NCBI GenBank assembly: GCA_944381085.1
Contig: CALWJX010000001.1
Location: forward strand, 83,428 to 147,427
Source of the DNA: an uncultured Clostridia bacterium
GTDB taxonomy: Bacteria > Bacillota > Clostridia > Oscillospirales > CAG-272
Direction: 5' to 3'
DNA: 64,000 nt
Part shown: positions 8,168 to 19,211 of the stretch, one piece after another
Layout: each line of letters starts with the position of its first letter
Numbering within the stretch: the stretch's first letter is position 1
Notes under the pieces: generated by a model
Told to the model about the DNA's origin: nothing
Seen by the model: the letters and a program-made list of their open reading frames with translations, nothing else
Databases searched by the model: none
Position numbers and translations under genes: made by a program

Positions 8168-9238
8168 TTATATATTTGCCGCTATCATATCTCCCATTTC
8201 GGAGCACGAAAGCTTCCTGCAACCCTCCTGCATAATATCGGAGGTTCTGTAATTTTGGTTCAGAACACTGTTGACGGCGTTTTCGATGTCGTCGGCTTCT
8301 TTTGCCATATCAAACGAGTAGCGGAGCATCATCGCAGCGGAGAGGACAGTTCCTATAGGGTTGGCAATATTCATTCCCGCAATATCGGGAGCCGAGCCGT
8401 GTATGGGCTCATACATTCCGAGGGTGGTTGACGACAGCGAGGCGGATGGCATCATGCCTATCGAGCCTGTAAGCATCGAAGCCTCATCGGAAAGTATGTC
8501 TCCGAACATATTTTCGGTGACTATAACGTCGAACTGAGCGGGATTTTTTATCAGCTGCATTGCGGTATTGTCAACAAGTATGTCGCTGTATTCGACCTGG
8601 GGATACTCTTCGGAAAGCCTGTGCATGGTCTTTCTCCACAGGCGAGATGTGTCAAGCACATTTGCCTTATCTACGGAAGCAAGCTTTTTGTTCCTCTTCA
8701 TGGCGCAGTCAAACGCGACTCTGCCTATTCTTTCGATTTCATGCTCATAGTAAGACATCACATCGTAAGAATACATTTCGCCGTTCTTTTCCTCGGTTTT
8801 TCTTTCGCCGAAATATATACCTCCGGTAAGCTCGCGCACTATCATCAGGTCAATTCCGTTTCCGACAACCGACTGCTTGAGCGGAGATGAGTCAGCCAGC
8901 TGTAAAAACAGCTTTGTGGGACGGAGATTGGCGAAAAGCCCGAGTTCTTTTCTTACAGCCAGAAGCGCCTTTTCCGGACGTATCGAGGGTGGACATGAAT
9001 CCCACTTCGGACCTCCCACCGCGCCGAGCAGAACGCTGTCCGCGCCTTTACACTTTTCCATTCCCTCGTCGGTTATCGGTACTCCGAATTTGTCGATTGA
9101 GCATCCTCCGATATCGACATATGTATACTTGAAAGTGTGATTGTATTTATGAGCGATTTTATCAAGCACTTTTATCGCTTCTCTGACGATTTCGGGACCT
9201 ATGCCGTCGCCGGAAAGCACTGTTATTTTCTTTTCCAT
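8168..9238 (-). CDS. leuB: 3-isopropylmalate dehydrogenase
   Basis: ITVLSGDGIGPEI and LLGAVGGPKWD motifs, 356 aa, in leu operon context. Confidence 0.95.
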   Translation of the reverse strand: MEKKITVLSGDGIGPEIVREAIKVLDKIAHKYNHTFKYTYVDIGGCSIDKFGVPITDEGMEKCKGADSVLLGAVGGPKWDSCPPSIRPEKALLAVRKELGLFANLRPTKLFLQLADSSPLKQSVVGNGIDLMIVRELTGGIYFGERKTEEKNGEMYSYDVMSYYEHEIERIGRVAFDCAMKRNKKLASVDKANVLDTSRLWRKTMHRLSEEYPQVEYSDILVDNTAMQLIKNPAQFDVIVTENMFGDILSDEASMLTGSIGMMPSASLSSTTLGMYEPIHGSAPDIAGMNIANPIGTVLSAAMMLRYSFDMAKEADDIENAVNSVLNQNYRTSDIMQEGCRKLSCSEMGDMIAANI

Positions 9239-9305
9239 GATTGATTATCCTTTCAGTATCCGAAGACATTCAAAGATTTTGTATATCGGACGTCTCGGCA
9301 AAGTT

Positions 9306-9797
9306 TTATTTTCCGTCCTGTGAAATTGAATTCAGAAGACCGCCTTTTGAGATGATTTCCTGAATGAAAGGAGGGAAGGGCTGGGCTTTGTATTTTTCGC
9401 CTGAGGTATGATTGTAGATTTCACCCGTGTTAAAATCAACTTCGACCTCATCCCCGTCATTGATTTTCCGGCTTGCCTCGGGACATTCAAGTATGGCAAG
9501 ACCTATATTTATGGCGTTGCGGTAAAATATTCTCGCGAAAGTTTCTGCAATAACCACCGAAATACCCGATTCTTTTATGGCTATCGGCGCGTGTTCACGC
9601 GACGAGCCGCAGCCGAAATTGGCTCCGCCCACCATTATGTCGCCCTTTTTAACCTTTGAAGTAAAGCTTTTGTCTATGTCCTCCATGCAATGGCTCGCGA
9701 GCTCGGCATGATTTGAGGTGTTCAGGTAACGCGCGGGTATGATGACGTCGGTGTCTATATTATCTCCGTATTTATGTACTGTTCCGTGTGCTTTCAT
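9306..9797 (-). CDS. leuD: 3-isopropylmalate dehydratase small subunit
   Basis: [14 protein letters not shown] motif, 163 aa, adjacent to leuC. Confidence 0.95.
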   Translation of the reverse strand: MKAHGTVHKYGDNIDTDVIIPARYLNTSNHAELASHCMEDIDKSFTSKVKKGDIMVGGANFGCGSSREHAPIAIKESGISVVIAETFARIFYRNAINIGLAILECPEASRKINDGDEVEVDFNTGEIYNHTSGEKYKAQPFPPFIQEIISKGGLLNSISQDGK

Positions 9798-9813
9798 ATT
9801 ATGTTAGCTCCTT

Positions 9814-11079
9814 TCACATATCAGACGCCTGCGGGTCTGTGATGTAACCCGTGAGCGCGGACGCCGCGGCGGTCGCGGGACTTGAGAGGTATATTTTTGA
9901 GGTCACATGTCCCATTCTGCCCACAAAATTCCGGTTTGTGGTTGAGATTGCCACTTCATTTTCGGCGAGTATTCCCATATAGCCTCCTAGACACGGGCCG
10001 CATGTAGGCGTGGAGACCACACACCCGGCGTTTATAAACGTCTCGGCATAACCGAGTCTGATGCAGTCCAGATAAATAGACTGTGTCGCCGGAATTATTA
10101 TGCATCTGACGTCGGGGGCTATGTGTTTGCCTTTGAGAATATCAGCCGCGATTTTCATATCGGAAAGTCTTCCGTTGGTGCAGGAGCCGATTACGCATTG
10201 ATCTATTTTGATGTCTCCAAGCTCGGATGCCTTTTTCGTGTTTTCCGGCAGATGAGGACATGCGACAATAGGCACTATCTTTGAAAGGTCAATGTCGATT
10301 ACCTCGTCGTAATCCGCGTCCGGGTCTGCGCTGTAAACCGTATACGGGTGCGTCATGCGCTCCTTATAAAATTTAAGCGTTATGTCGTCCACCTCAAAAA
10401 TTCCGTTTTTGGCGCCGGCTTCAATCGCCATGTTTGCCATGCACAGGCGGTCGTCCATCGAAAGAGAGGCGAGTCCGTCCCCCGTAAACTCCATGGATTT
10501 GTACAGCGCGCCGTCAACGCCTATCTTGCCGATAATGTAAAGAATAACGTCTTTGCCGGAGCAGAACTTCGGAAGTTTTCCGAAAAGATTGAATTTTATC
10601 GCCGCCGGAACTTTGAACCAAGCCTCTCCGGTAGCCATTCCCGCCGCCATGTCCGTCGAACCCACGCCTGTGGAGAATGCGCCGAGCGCTCCGTAAGTGC
10701 AGGTATGGGAGTCCGCGCCTATAACCACGTCTCCGGGACCGACAAGTCCCTTTTCAGGCAGAAGCGCGTGCTCTATACCCATGTCGCCCACGTCAAAATA
10801 ATTTTTAATGCCGAATGTTTTGGCAAACGCGCGGCACTGCTTTGTCTGCTGCGCGGCTTTGATATCCTTGTTCGGAACAAAGTGGTCCATGACCAGAGAG
10901 ATTTTATTTTTGTCAAAAACCTTGTCAAATCCGAATTTGTTGAATTCGTTTATTGCCACGGGAGATGTAATGTCATTTCCGAGAACCATGTCAAGCTTTG
11001 CCCTTATGAGCTGTCCCTTTTGAACCGATTCCAAGCCGGCGTGCGCGGCAAGGATTTTTTGGGTCATTGTCATTGCCAT
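9814..11079 (-). CDS. leuC: 3-isopropylmalate dehydratase large subunit
   Basis: Aconitase-family motifs [15 protein letters not shown] and IGSCTNGR, 421 aa. Confidence 0.95.
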   Translation of the reverse strand: MAMTMTQKILAAHAGLESVQKGQLIRAKLDMVLGNDITSPVAINEFNKFGFDKVFDKNKISLVMDHFVPNKDIKAAQQTKQCRAFAKTFGIKNYFDVGDMGIEHALLPEKGLVGPGDVVIGADSHTCTYGALGAFSTGVGSTDMAAGMATGEAWFKVPAAIKFNLFGKLPKFCSGKDVILYIIGKIGVDGALYKSMEFTGDGLASLSMDDRLCMANMAIEAGAKNGIFEVDDITLKFYKERMTHPYTVYSADPDADYDEVIDIDLSKIVPIVACPHLPENTKKASELGDIKIDQCVIGSCTNGRLSDMKIAADILKGKHIAPDVRCIIIPATQSIYLDCIRLGYAETFINAGCVVSTPTCGPCLGGYMGILAENEVAISTTNRNFVGRMGHVTSKIYLSSPATAAASALTGYITDPQASDM

Positions 11080-11106
11080 ATTTATTTCCGTACCTTTCCT
11101 CTTAAA

Positions 11107-12789
11107 TTATTTATTGTTTTTTTCTTTCACGCTTGCGTATCTGCGGTTTATGGCGGAGAAAAGCGCGTTTATGGAGGACGCGATGATGTCGTCATGAACT
11201 CCCGCTCCCCAGACTACGGTTCCGTCGTCAAAGGTTATGCTTACATATGTGACCGCCTTGGAGGATGACCCCGAGGTAAGAGCGTGCTCCTCATATGTGA
11301 GGTTGGAGTAGCTTATACCCAAATGCTGCTTTATAGCGTTGCTTACCGCGTCAAGCCGTCCGTTGCCGGACGCCTTGAGTTCCTTTATCTCGCCGTTTAT
11401 TTCGACTGTCAGGACGACATTTATTCCGGGATTGCGTATGAAGTGATAGTCAACGAGCTTTATCGGAGAATTGATATTTACATAATTGCTTTGGAATACT
11501 TCGAGCACCTGTCCCGGAGTGAGCTCGGCGTGCGCGTGGTCGGAGACGCTTTTGACTTTGTATCCTACCTCTTCTCTCATTTTGGGAGGAAGCACGTATC
11601 CGAATGTATGCTCAAGCAGATATCCTATGCCGCCTTTTCCGGACTGTGAGTTTATTCTTATCACATCGGTTTCGTAAACTCTTCCAACGTCGGTAGGATC
11701 TATGGGAAGATAGGGAACCGTCCAGAAACGGCAGTCCTTTTCCTCACGCCATTTCATACCTTTTGCGATGGCGTCCTGATGAGACCCGGAGAATGCCGCG
11801 AATACAAGCTTGCCGGAATAGGGCTGTCTGTCATATACCTGCATTCTCGTGACTCTTTCGTAAAGGTCGGTGATTTCGGGCATATTCGAGAGGTCAAGTC
11901 CCGGCTCTACTCCCTGAGAATACATATTGAGCGCCAAAGTGATTATATCGACATTGCCCGTGCGCTCGCCGTTTCCGAAAAGCGTGCCTTCTATTCTGTC
12001 GGCGCCCGCGAGCAGACCGAGCTCGGAATCCGCGACGGCGCATCCGCGGTCGTTGTGAGGATGGAGGGAAACAATGACGTTGTCACGGTATTTGAGGTTA
12101 TCGCACATGTACTCTACCTGGTTTGCGTATACGTGAGGCATGGAGAGCTCTACGGTAACGGGGAGGTTGATGATGACTTTTCTGTCCGGAGTCGGCTTCC
12201 ATACATCGAGCACTGCGTTGCAAATCTCAAGCGCGAATTCAGGCTCCGTGCCGGTAAAGGATTCGGGAGAATATTCATATCTGTAGTTTGCTCCGGTTTC
12301 CTCGGCGATTTTATTGAAGAGCTCGGCTCCGTCGGTGGCGATTTTTATTATTTCCTCTTTGGACTTTTTGAAAACCTGCTCGCGCTGAGCTACCGAGGTG
12401 GAGTTGTAAAGGTGAACTATAGCGTTTTTGCAGCCCGAAAGCGCGTCAAAGGTTTTGCGTATTATGTGTTCGCGGCTCTGGGTGAGAACCTGCACCGTGA
12501 CGTCGTCCGGAATCATGTTTTTCTCTATAAGCGTGCGCAAAAATGTGTATTCGGTTTCGGAAGCGGCGGGGAAGCCCACTTCAATTTCCTTAAAGCCTAT
12601 TTTTACAAGCAGATTGAAAAAATCGAGCTTTTCATCAAGGCTCATGGGGATGATGAGAGACTGGTTGCCGTCTCTCAAATCAACGGAGCACCATATGGGC
12701 GCCTTATTTATATAATTCTTCTTTGCCCATTTCATCTCGCACACGGGAGCGGGGAAATACTGACGTGTGTATTTTGACGCGTTTTTCAT
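11107..12789 (-). CDS. leuA: 2-isopropylmalate synthase (long form)
   Basis: DLRDGNQS and HPHNDRGCAVA motifs, C-terminal regulatory domain, 560 aa. Confidence 0.95.
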   Translation of the reverse strand: MKNASKYTRQYFPAPVCEMKWAKKNYINKAPIWCSVDLRDGNQSLIIPMSLDEKLDFFNLLVKIGFKEIEVGFPAASETEYTFLRTLIEKNMIPDDVTVQVLTQSREHIIRKTFDALSGCKNAIVHLYNSTSVAQREQVFKKSKEEIIKIATDGAELFNKIAEETGANYRYEYSPESFTGTEPEFALEICNAVLDVWKPTPDRKVIINLPVTVELSMPHVYANQVEYMCDNLKYRDNVIVSLHPHNDRGCAVADSELGLLAGADRIEGTLFGNGERTGNVDIITLALNMYSQGVEPGLDLSNMPEITDLYERVTRMQVYDRQPYSGKLVFAAFSGSHQDAIAKGMKWREEKDCRFWTVPYLPIDPTDVGRVYETDVIRINSQSGKGGIGYLLEHTFGYVLPPKMREEVGYKVKSVSDHAHAELTPGQVLEVFQSNYVNINSPIKLVDYHFIRNPGINVVLTVEINGEIKELKASGNGRLDAVSNAIKQHLGISYSNLTYEEHALTSGSSSKAVTYVSITFDDGTVVWGAGVHDDIIASSINALFSAINRRYASVKEKNNK

Positions 12790-12915
12790 ATAAAATACCT
12801 TACCTTTCTTTACGTGAGACCATGATTTTATAAAAGTTACTCACGCGGATTATTATTTCATGTTTTTTGACGTAATAAGTCTTTTATTGAGTGACATGCG
12901 GATTTTTCAGAATAT

Positions 12916-13186
12916 AAAAAATAAGCCCTCATCTCCAAAAAACAGAGACGAAAGCACAATTTCTTCCGCGGTACCACTCCGATTGACAGTAATCCACTCA
13001 ATACGTACATTTAATACGTTTTCTCTTTAACGGGAGAACCCGTCGTTCCTACTCGAAAAAAACTTTCGGTCCGAAGCTCAGGGGAGAGTTCGATATTGCA
13101 CAAGCCTTTGTCTCGCACCGCCCGACAAATCTCTGAAGAACTTTTAAAGAATATCTTATGCCCCGTCATAGCCTTTTGACTTATTA
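12916..13186 (-). promoter_or_regulatory. T-box leader (probably Leu-specific) with intrinsic terminator, upstream of leuACDB
   Basis: Minus strand reads AATCGGAGTGGTACCGCGG (T-box motif, plus-strand 12966-12984). An F-box-like CCGTTA lies upstream of it. AGAGA and GGTGCGA elements are in the Stem I region. The terminator GCTTTCGTCTC/GAGATGAGGGC (12925-12955) is followed by TTATTTTTT. Confidence 0.85.
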
Positions 13187-13192
13187 TATTCT

Positions 13193-13221
13193 ATTATAAT
13201 ACAAAACTAACTGTTTGTCAA
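13193..13221 (-). promoter_or_regulatory. Sigma-A promoter of the leu operon
   Basis: Minus strand reads TTGACA (13221-13216), exactly 17 nt, then TATAAT (13198-13193). Confidence 0.65.
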
Positions 13222-13393
13222 TAGCTGTTTTTAATTTTTTTGATGTCTTTTTGCACAAATGTCCGCTCGGGAAAAAGAAATAATTTTGTCATTTAAAGTA
13301 TTGAAGAGAATTTCCGAAGAGTATATAATAATATATAAATGTTATTTGTTAAAACACGGTGATTTATACCGATGCTTTTGAAAGGATTTAGAA

Positions 13394-14575
13394 TTGAACG
13401 GAGATATTAAACTGAAACTCGGAAGCCTTGTCATTTTCCGCGGACTATTAAAGCTTCCGGTTATTGTGAGACTTACAGAGCTTGATGAAACAAATCCTGA
13501 GGACACGTCCGCTTTGGTATATGCCTACGGGGCTTTTATGTCCGAGCTTTTAAAGGAAACTCCGAATTTTACAGAGTATCTTTTTACCGCGGTAACCGAA
13601 GACGAGAATATATATACCTCTTACCGAATGTCCGGAAAAGAAAAAGACGATATGTACGAAAGTATGCTTGACAGAGAGCTTGCAATACTTCAGAAGCTTT
13701 CAATGTATGACGGCGGCGATGTAAGAGCCGTGGCGCCTGATGAAAAACTTCCGGTATGGAAGGTGAGTAAAGTGGATTTTGTTTCGCTTTACCATGAACG
13801 TATGAACAATATAAGGACCGTAGGATATGGAATTTTTGCGAAATACCGCATGTTCGTGATAGGAGAGGACCGTTCTCTGGTGCCGATAAAGAATCCCGAT
13901 CCCATGAAGCTTTCCGACCTTGTCGGATATGAAAGGGAGAGGGGGCAGGTCGTGACGAACACGGAAGCTTTTCTCTCCGGCAGACCCTGCAACAATGTCC
14001 TGCTTTACGGAGACGCCGGTACCGGAAAAAGCTCTACCGTCAAAGCTTTGGTAAACAGTATGGCGGACAGGGGGCTGAGACTTATCGAGTTTAAAAAAGC
14101 TCAGCTTTCGCTTATTCCCGTGATAACCGAACAGCTTTATAACAACCCCCTTAAATTCATATTTTTTATTGACGACCTGACATTTACGTCTGACGACAAG
14201 GATTTTTGCGCGCTGAAGGCGACGCTTGAAGGAGGCGTTACCGGCAGGGGAAACAATACTCTGATATATGCCACGTCAAATCACCGTCATATGATAAAGG
14301 AATCCGCGTCGGCAAGACAGGATTCGGTAAATACGGCGGATATGATACAGGAAACCGTTTCGCTTTCGGCGAGATTCGGTCTGACCGTTACTTATCTCAA
14401 AACCGACCGCGAGGGGTTTGCCGGAATTGTGTGTGAATTGGCGCGCCGCGCGGGTATTGAAACTCCGGCAAACGAGCTTGCCAATATGGCGGAGGCGTTC
14501 GCGCTTCGGGGAGGCGGACGCAATCCGAGAACCGCGCGTCAGTTTGTCGATATGCTGATGTCAAAAGAAAACTGA
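13394..14575 (+). CDS. DUF815-type AAA ATPase
   Basis: LLYGDAGTGKSSTVKAL ... LRLIEF ... FIFFIDDLTF matches the DUF815 pattern as I recall it. TTG start lies 7 nt after AAAGGA. Confidence 0.8.
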   Translation: MNGDIKLKLGSLVIFRGLLKLPVIVRLTELDETNPEDTSALVYAYGAFMSELLKETPNFTEYLFTAVTEDENIYTSYRMSGKEKDDMYESMLDRELAILQKLSMYDGGDVRAVAPDEKLPVWKVSKVDFVSLYHERMNNIRTVGYGIFAKYRMFVIGEDRSLVPIKNPDPMKLSDLVGYERERGQVVTNTEAFLSGRPCNNVLLYGDAGTGKSSTVKALVNSMADRGLRLIEFKKAQLSLIPVITEQLYNNPLKFIFFIDDLTFTSDDKDFCALKATLEGGVTGRGNNTLIYATSNHRHMIKESASARQDSVNTADMIQETVSLSARFGLTVTYLKTDREGFAGIVCELARRAGIETPANELANMAEAFALRGGGRNPRTARQFVDMLMSKEN

Positions 14576-14624
14576 ACCCGAAGGCTGATGCGGATTGATT
14601 ATTTGATCACACGCGAATATAACA

Positions 14625-14661
14625 AAATCCAAGGTCAATTTATTTTATGACCTTGGATTTT
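14625..14661. terminator. Bidirectional terminator between convergent genes
   Basis: AAAATCCAAGGTC (14625-14637) pairs with GACCTTGGATTTT (14649-14661). It has an A-run on one side and a T-run on the other. Confidence 0.7.
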
Positions 14662-14732
14662 TTGCGTACCTATACAGGTTGAATAAACCTATGAAAAACA
14701 ATCCGTTTTTGTTATGCTGATTTATGACCTTT

Positions 14733-16625
14733 TCAGCCCATGCTTTCATTTCTGAGAATCAGAACCGTTTCTTCGTCCGAGTAAAATTCGACGTAGCCTT
14801 TTGAAATGAAATATTCGGCTTGCTTAAGACTTGAGCTTCTGTAACCCGATCTCATGTCAAGTACCACGAATTCGGTATCTGTCTTGTATTGACCGTTTTC
14901 CGTGTGATATCCTACTTCGTATATCACGTCTCTGTCCGCGATATGCGCGAGCAGAAATGTGGAACAGGTCACCGACGCGTTTTCGGGAAGCACTTCTTCA
15001 AGCGCGTAGTCCATTTTCTCGTAAATTGCCTTGTTTGACGTGTACATGCCGGCATAATGCGTAAATTTCGGAATTACCACCACGGTAAACAGAAGCACCG
15101 AAGCCGCGGCGCCAACCTGTATCATGTATTTCTTTGAAAAATGCGGAAGTTCCGAGAGATTGAGCATCGAGACATAGAACAGAAAAGCCGTTATGCCGAA
15201 GCTGTACTGGAAGTTTATATTCGGCTGATACACATACATTGTAAGGATGTTCAGAAGCACCGGACATATGAGTATGAATCTTGAAACTTTCTTTGTGGCA
15301 AACGGAAGAAACGCGAGAGGCAGAAACAGCTGCAAAAGATAGAGCAATTTATCCGTATTTCCGCTTGAGGTGGTGAATATCTGCGTCAATACATATCCCG
15401 GATTGAGAAGCAGTGTTTTCAGCGCTCCTATGAGTCCGTCCTCACTGTCAAAGATAAGATTTCCGAATCGTCCGGACATGATGCCCGTGCCGTATTTTTG
15501 CATGAAGTAAGATACTGTTACAAAGTAGATAAGCGACAGGCAGAGCATAGGCAGACCGATTTTCCATTTTTTCCTTGAAAAGATAACATAAAGCGCAAAG
15601 AATACAAGGTAGATAAAAGCGTCTTCTTTTACTGTCAGCGTAAGCAGGGCAAAGACAGCCATGGGAATGTATTTTTCTTTTTCAAAGAAGTAAAAGGTCC
15701 ACAAAAGCAACGGAACAAGAAAACAGTTTTCATGCAGGTCGTAAAAGCATCCGGCGCTAAGCGCGGGATATGCGGCATATACGGCTGAGACTGCCACGGC
15801 GAGCTTTTTTGACAGTCCGAGCTTTCTCGCGGTAAGCACGAGAGGTATAATGCCGGAATACAGTACGACCGCCTGCAAAACCTGCAAAGTTGACGGAGAG
15901 GGAAATATAAAATAAAAGGGGAGCATTAAGTAATATACCGGGGAGAAATGCACCGCGAAGTGAGAGAGCAGCATATCCCTCTCGCTTGTTGAATTCGGAA
16001 GCCCCGTTTCTTTCATGTTGTAAAACATGTTGCAGAAAATGCCGAAATCAAAATTGGGCGTGCTGTAGGACAGGTATCTGTAGACGCCTATCGCGGTGAC
16101 AAAAAATCCGAACACCAACGCAAAGAAACCGACCGCCGTCCACATATAAGCGGAATGAAAGTCTGATTTTATAAAGGAAAAACATTCCTTGTCGGTTGAG
16201 TACAGAATGACCATGGCGCATATAAACAGTACGGCAAAGTACATGTAATACACCGAGCTTTCACAGCGTAACAGCAGAATAAACGACATAAGCAGGGCAA
16301 ATATCACCATCAGGTGAGGCGTCGTTTTCCATTTCGGAAGAAAATATTCAAGCGCCGTAAGAAAGAGCATTATGCCGAGAATCAACAGACAGTGCAGGAG
16401 AAAATCCGCGACGGAGGCGTCTTTCTGCAGAAAATCAAGTTTATTGTAATCTGTTTCATCATTTGCGTGAATAAGCAGATTTACCGTACTCACTATAAAA
16501 TAAGAGCATATGAACGTCCTTACGAACATGTCGGTCGAATATCTGAACGGCTTTGAAAAAATCTTTCTGATAAAACCTCCGGTGTTATTCCGGTCTTTAT
16601 TGTTTGAATCGTTGTTGATGTTCAA
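14733..16625 (-). CDS. Polytopic membrane protein, DUF2079-like (possible GT-C-type glycosyltransferase)
   Basis: 630 aa with more than 12 hydrophobic segments and a soluble C-terminal domain. HFAVHFSPVYY resembles DUF2079. Assignment is from memory only. Confidence 0.5.
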   Translation of the reverse strand: MNINNDSNNKDRNNTGGFIRKIFSKPFRYSTDMFVRTFICSYFIVSTVNLLIHANDETDYNKLDFLQKDASVADFLLHCLLILGIMLFLTALEYFLPKWKTTPHLMVIFALLMSFILLLRCESSVYYMYFAVLFICAMVILYSTDKECFSFIKSDFHSAYMWTAVGFFALVFGFFVTAIGVYRYLSYSTPNFDFGIFCNMFYNMKETGLPNSTSERDMLLSHFAVHFSPVYYLMLPFYFIFPSPSTLQVLQAVVLYSGIIPLVLTARKLGLSKKLAVAVSAVYAAYPALSAGCFYDLHENCFLVPLLLWTFYFFEKEKYIPMAVFALLTLTVKEDAFIYLVFFALYVIFSRKKWKIGLPMLCLSLIYFVTVSYFMQKYGTGIMSGRFGNLIFDSEDGLIGALKTLLLNPGYVLTQIFTTSSGNTDKLLYLLQLFLPLAFLPFATKKVSRFILICPVLLNILTMYVYQPNINFQYSFGITAFLFYVSMLNLSELPHFSKKYMIQVGAAASVLLFTVVVIPKFTHYAGMYTSNKAIYEKMDYALEEVLPENASVTCSTFLLAHIADRDVIYEVGYHTENGQYKTDTEFVVLDMRSGYRSSSLKQAEYFISKGYVEFYSDEETVLILRNESMG

Positions 16626-16637
16626 AAGAAATCCTCC

Positions 16638-19103
16638 TTAAATTTCGTCGGTTACCGCGCACTCTTCTATTTTGTCTTCAAGCAGACGGAAAGTCTTTAT
16701 CTCAAAGCCCGTAAAATATATCCGGTAAGTATTGTTTGCCCACTCAAGCGAGGTTGAGTCGGGTTTGTCGTTCGGATTGAAAAGTCTTGTTATGATCTCA
16801 TTTTTCCCGTCAGGTCTGTAAAGCGCGGACATTATGATATTGCCGCCGCTGAGCGTCGGGGGTTCCGTCCTGTTTTGGACTGCTTTTCCGGAGGGGAAGA
16901 ACGAGAGCACCATGGGTGTTTCGTTGAATGTCAGCGCGTCTTTGGCGGCGTTTGCGCAGTCCCCGAGTTTCAGCTGAATGTGGAATATTCTTTCGCCCTG
17001 GTCGATATGGGGAGTGTAGCGGTCATCGGGTACTGTTTTTCTGTCGCCCAGAGGGTGAGCGGTATAGCAGGGTGAGCGCAAAAGCGTGAGAGCGGCTGTA
17101 TTGTTTTCGTATGAATAGCCGTATATGCCCCTGTTCAGTATTGCCATTTCACCGTCGCTTCCGCAGATCTTCAGATATTTTTGCTGCGGCTGCTCGCTCC
17201 CGTCCTCTTTCAGTATTTCCTCTCCGTACACGACCTCGGCGGACGCCTTGGGGTTTGAAATATTGTGAGGTAAAGACAGCTTTATCATTTTCGATTTTTC
17301 ATTGTTGAAGATACGTATCTCAAGACCGATCTCGGGCAGGATTTTTGATATTTTATACCTGATTACGGCGGCGGACGTCCCGTAGCCCAATACCGATTCG
17401 ACTACTGTTCTGACGTCCCCGTCCTCTACCGTCCTCACGGAAGGGATTGTATTCGGCAGGTCCGAAACGACGCTGCCAAGCTCTGCGGAAAGCAGGGTAA
17501 ATTCTCCGATCTTTTCACGCCAAGCCTTTTGCGTCATTCCCCAAGGGTCGGTGTTGTCCTTCATGACGTCGAGCGTTATGCCGCCTTTCAGATATTCTTT
17601 GTTTTTATATACAATGCTTTCGCAAAGTCCGCTCTCTTTGCTTATTTTGACTTTCATCGATTTATTGTCTACGGTAATATATTTATCGTTTCCGTCGACA
17701 GCCGGCACGGGTTTTTTGTCAAGCAGTCTGAAGGTACATTCAAACCGATTCATCGACATGGGTTTGAGCTTCGCGTGAAATACAACTCTTTTTCTCCAGT
17801 CAATCGGAATATTTGAAGCTTCCTTTTCGGGCTGAGAGGGAATGATATTTCCGTTTTCGGAGATGACGGGCATGTTGAAGCTTTCGCTCCAGTTCTGGTC
17901 GGCAAGCATGAATTCGCATTCAAAATCTCCCTCAACGGGATACGGATGCGGATTGAATACCATTATCGGCAGCTCTCCCTCTTTGGCTTTGGGCTGAGAG
18001 GTAGCCATGGCGAAAAAAGCTTTCGCTTTGAGTCTTGACATTATCTCTATGCCGTGGTCAGCCATTCTTACCGCCATTTCCTCCACGCCCTGAATCGAGG
18101 AGCCGGGCAGAGCGTCGTGAAACTGTACCGTAAGCATATCGTATAGGGCGTCCTCAATCTCCTTTGAGGGATATGGGAGTCCGCAGTACAGGCCGGCGCA
18201 GACACACATTTTTTCACCGGCAAAATACATGTTTTCAAGTTCACGGTATTTTTGCTTTACCCGAGCCTGACTTGTAAGACAGCCGGGCATACAGTTATTG
18301 AGGTCTCCCTCATATACCGGCAGCTTTGTATTTTGACTTTTGAGCTCGTCAAAGTATGCCCTTGGTGTTGAGTGGATTATATTTACGCCCTTTTCCCGAT
18401 ATTCGTCAATAAGCTTGTTTATATCCGCAATGTCTTTTCTGGATGGACCTCCGCCATGGTCTCCGACGCCCCACAGACAACAGTCGACTGACTTGTTTTC
18501 ATCGTTGAGCAGTTTATCCGCGCAGGCTCTGATTTTATCCTGCGCGTGACCGAGAGGGGTGTTGTAGGCGTCAAGCCTGCGCACGGTTACCTCAGAGCCG
18601 TCGTATCCTTTCCATATGAACGTGTCCGACGGAAGACTTATCCACCAGTCGCTCGGACGGCAGCACATATATGAGTCGTATCCGGTTTTTGTCACTATCT
18701 GAACAAGTCCTCTCGAATGTCCGAAAGAGTCGAAATTGATGGTTACCGACGGCGAGATTCCGTATTTTTCAGAAAAGTATTTTCTGCCTGACAATATCTG
18801 TCTGATAAGCGCCTCGCCGGATGGCATGTTGCAGTCGGGCTGCAGATGCCACCCTCCCATGATGTGCCATGATTTTTTTTCGACAAGATTTTTGATTTTG
18901 TCGGAAAGTTCAGGCTCGTACTCGTCTATCCATTTGTAAAGCAGGGCTTCATTATGGCAGAAGACAAATCCCTTGAATTCCTCGCACAGCTCCGCCGCGG
19001 TGCGAAAGGTCGATAAAGTCTCGGCGGCGCCTTCTTCCCACTCCCATTGCCAGACGGGGTCTATGTGCGCGTTACATATAAGGTGAAGACTTTTGGTTTT
19101 CAT
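16638..19103 (-). CDS. Glycoside hydrolase family 38 alpha-mannosidase
   Basis: HLICNAHIDPVWQWEWEEG is a typical GH38 N-terminus. ATG 19103 lies 10 nt after GAAAGGA, and the track start at 19154 is unsupported. Confidence 0.85.
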   Translation of the reverse strand: MKTKSLHLICNAHIDPVWQWEWEEGAAETLSTFRTAAELCEEFKGFVFCHNEALLYKWIDEYEPELSDKIKNLVEKKSWHIMGGWHLQPDCNMPSGEALIRQILSGRKYFSEKYGISPSVTINFDSFGHSRGLVQIVTKTGYDSYMCCRPSDWWISLPSDTFIWKGYDGSEVTVRRLDAYNTPLGHAQDKIRACADKLLNDENKSVDCCLWGVGDHGGGPSRKDIADINKLIDEYREKGVNIIHSTPRAYFDELKSQNTKLPVYEGDLNNCMPGCLTSQARVKQKYRELENMYFAGEKMCVCAGLYCGLPYPSKEIEDALYDMLTVQFHDALPGSSIQGVEEMAVRMADHGIEIMSRLKAKAFFAMATSQPKAKEGELPIMVFNPHPYPVEGDFECEFMLADQNWSESFNMPVISENGNIIPSQPEKEASNIPIDWRKRVVFHAKLKPMSMNRFECTFRLLDKKPVPAVDGNDKYITVDNKSMKVKISKESGLCESIVYKNKEYLKGGITLDVMKDNTDPWGMTQKAWREKIGEFTLLSAELGSVVSDLPNTIPSVRTVEDGDVRTVVESVLGYGTSAAVIRYKISKILPEIGLEIRIFNNEKSKMIKLSLPHNISNPKASAEVVYGEEILKEDGSEQPQQKYLKICGSDGEMAILNRGIYGYSYENNTAALTLLRSPCYTAHPLGDRKTVPDDRYTPHIDQGERIFHIQLKLGDCANAAKDALTFNETPMVLSFFPSGKAVQNRTEPPTLSGGNIIMSALYRPDGKNEIITRLFNPNDKPDSTSLEWANNTYRIYFTGFEIKTFRLLEDKIEECAVTDEI

Positions 19104-19211
19104 TTGACATATATCCTTTCGAGCGTTTAAGATATTTGGATATTTTCGATTCACAGTGCTATGCTTTTAAATAATGTACCGGGAAATGCGTGCGCGCGTC
19201 GCGTTGAAGAA

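Noticed and set aside
10348-12777. Long plus-strand ORFs (306 aa at 10348-11268 and 332 aa at 11779-12777) opposite leuC and leuA. Similar shadows lie at 59255-60271(-), 62163-62834(+), 44300-44896(-) and 6976-7437(+)
   Set aside because: Each lies entirely within a strongly supported gene on the other strand. They have biased, Arg/Phe-rich composition with no motifs and no RBS, which is typical of antisense shadow ORFs.
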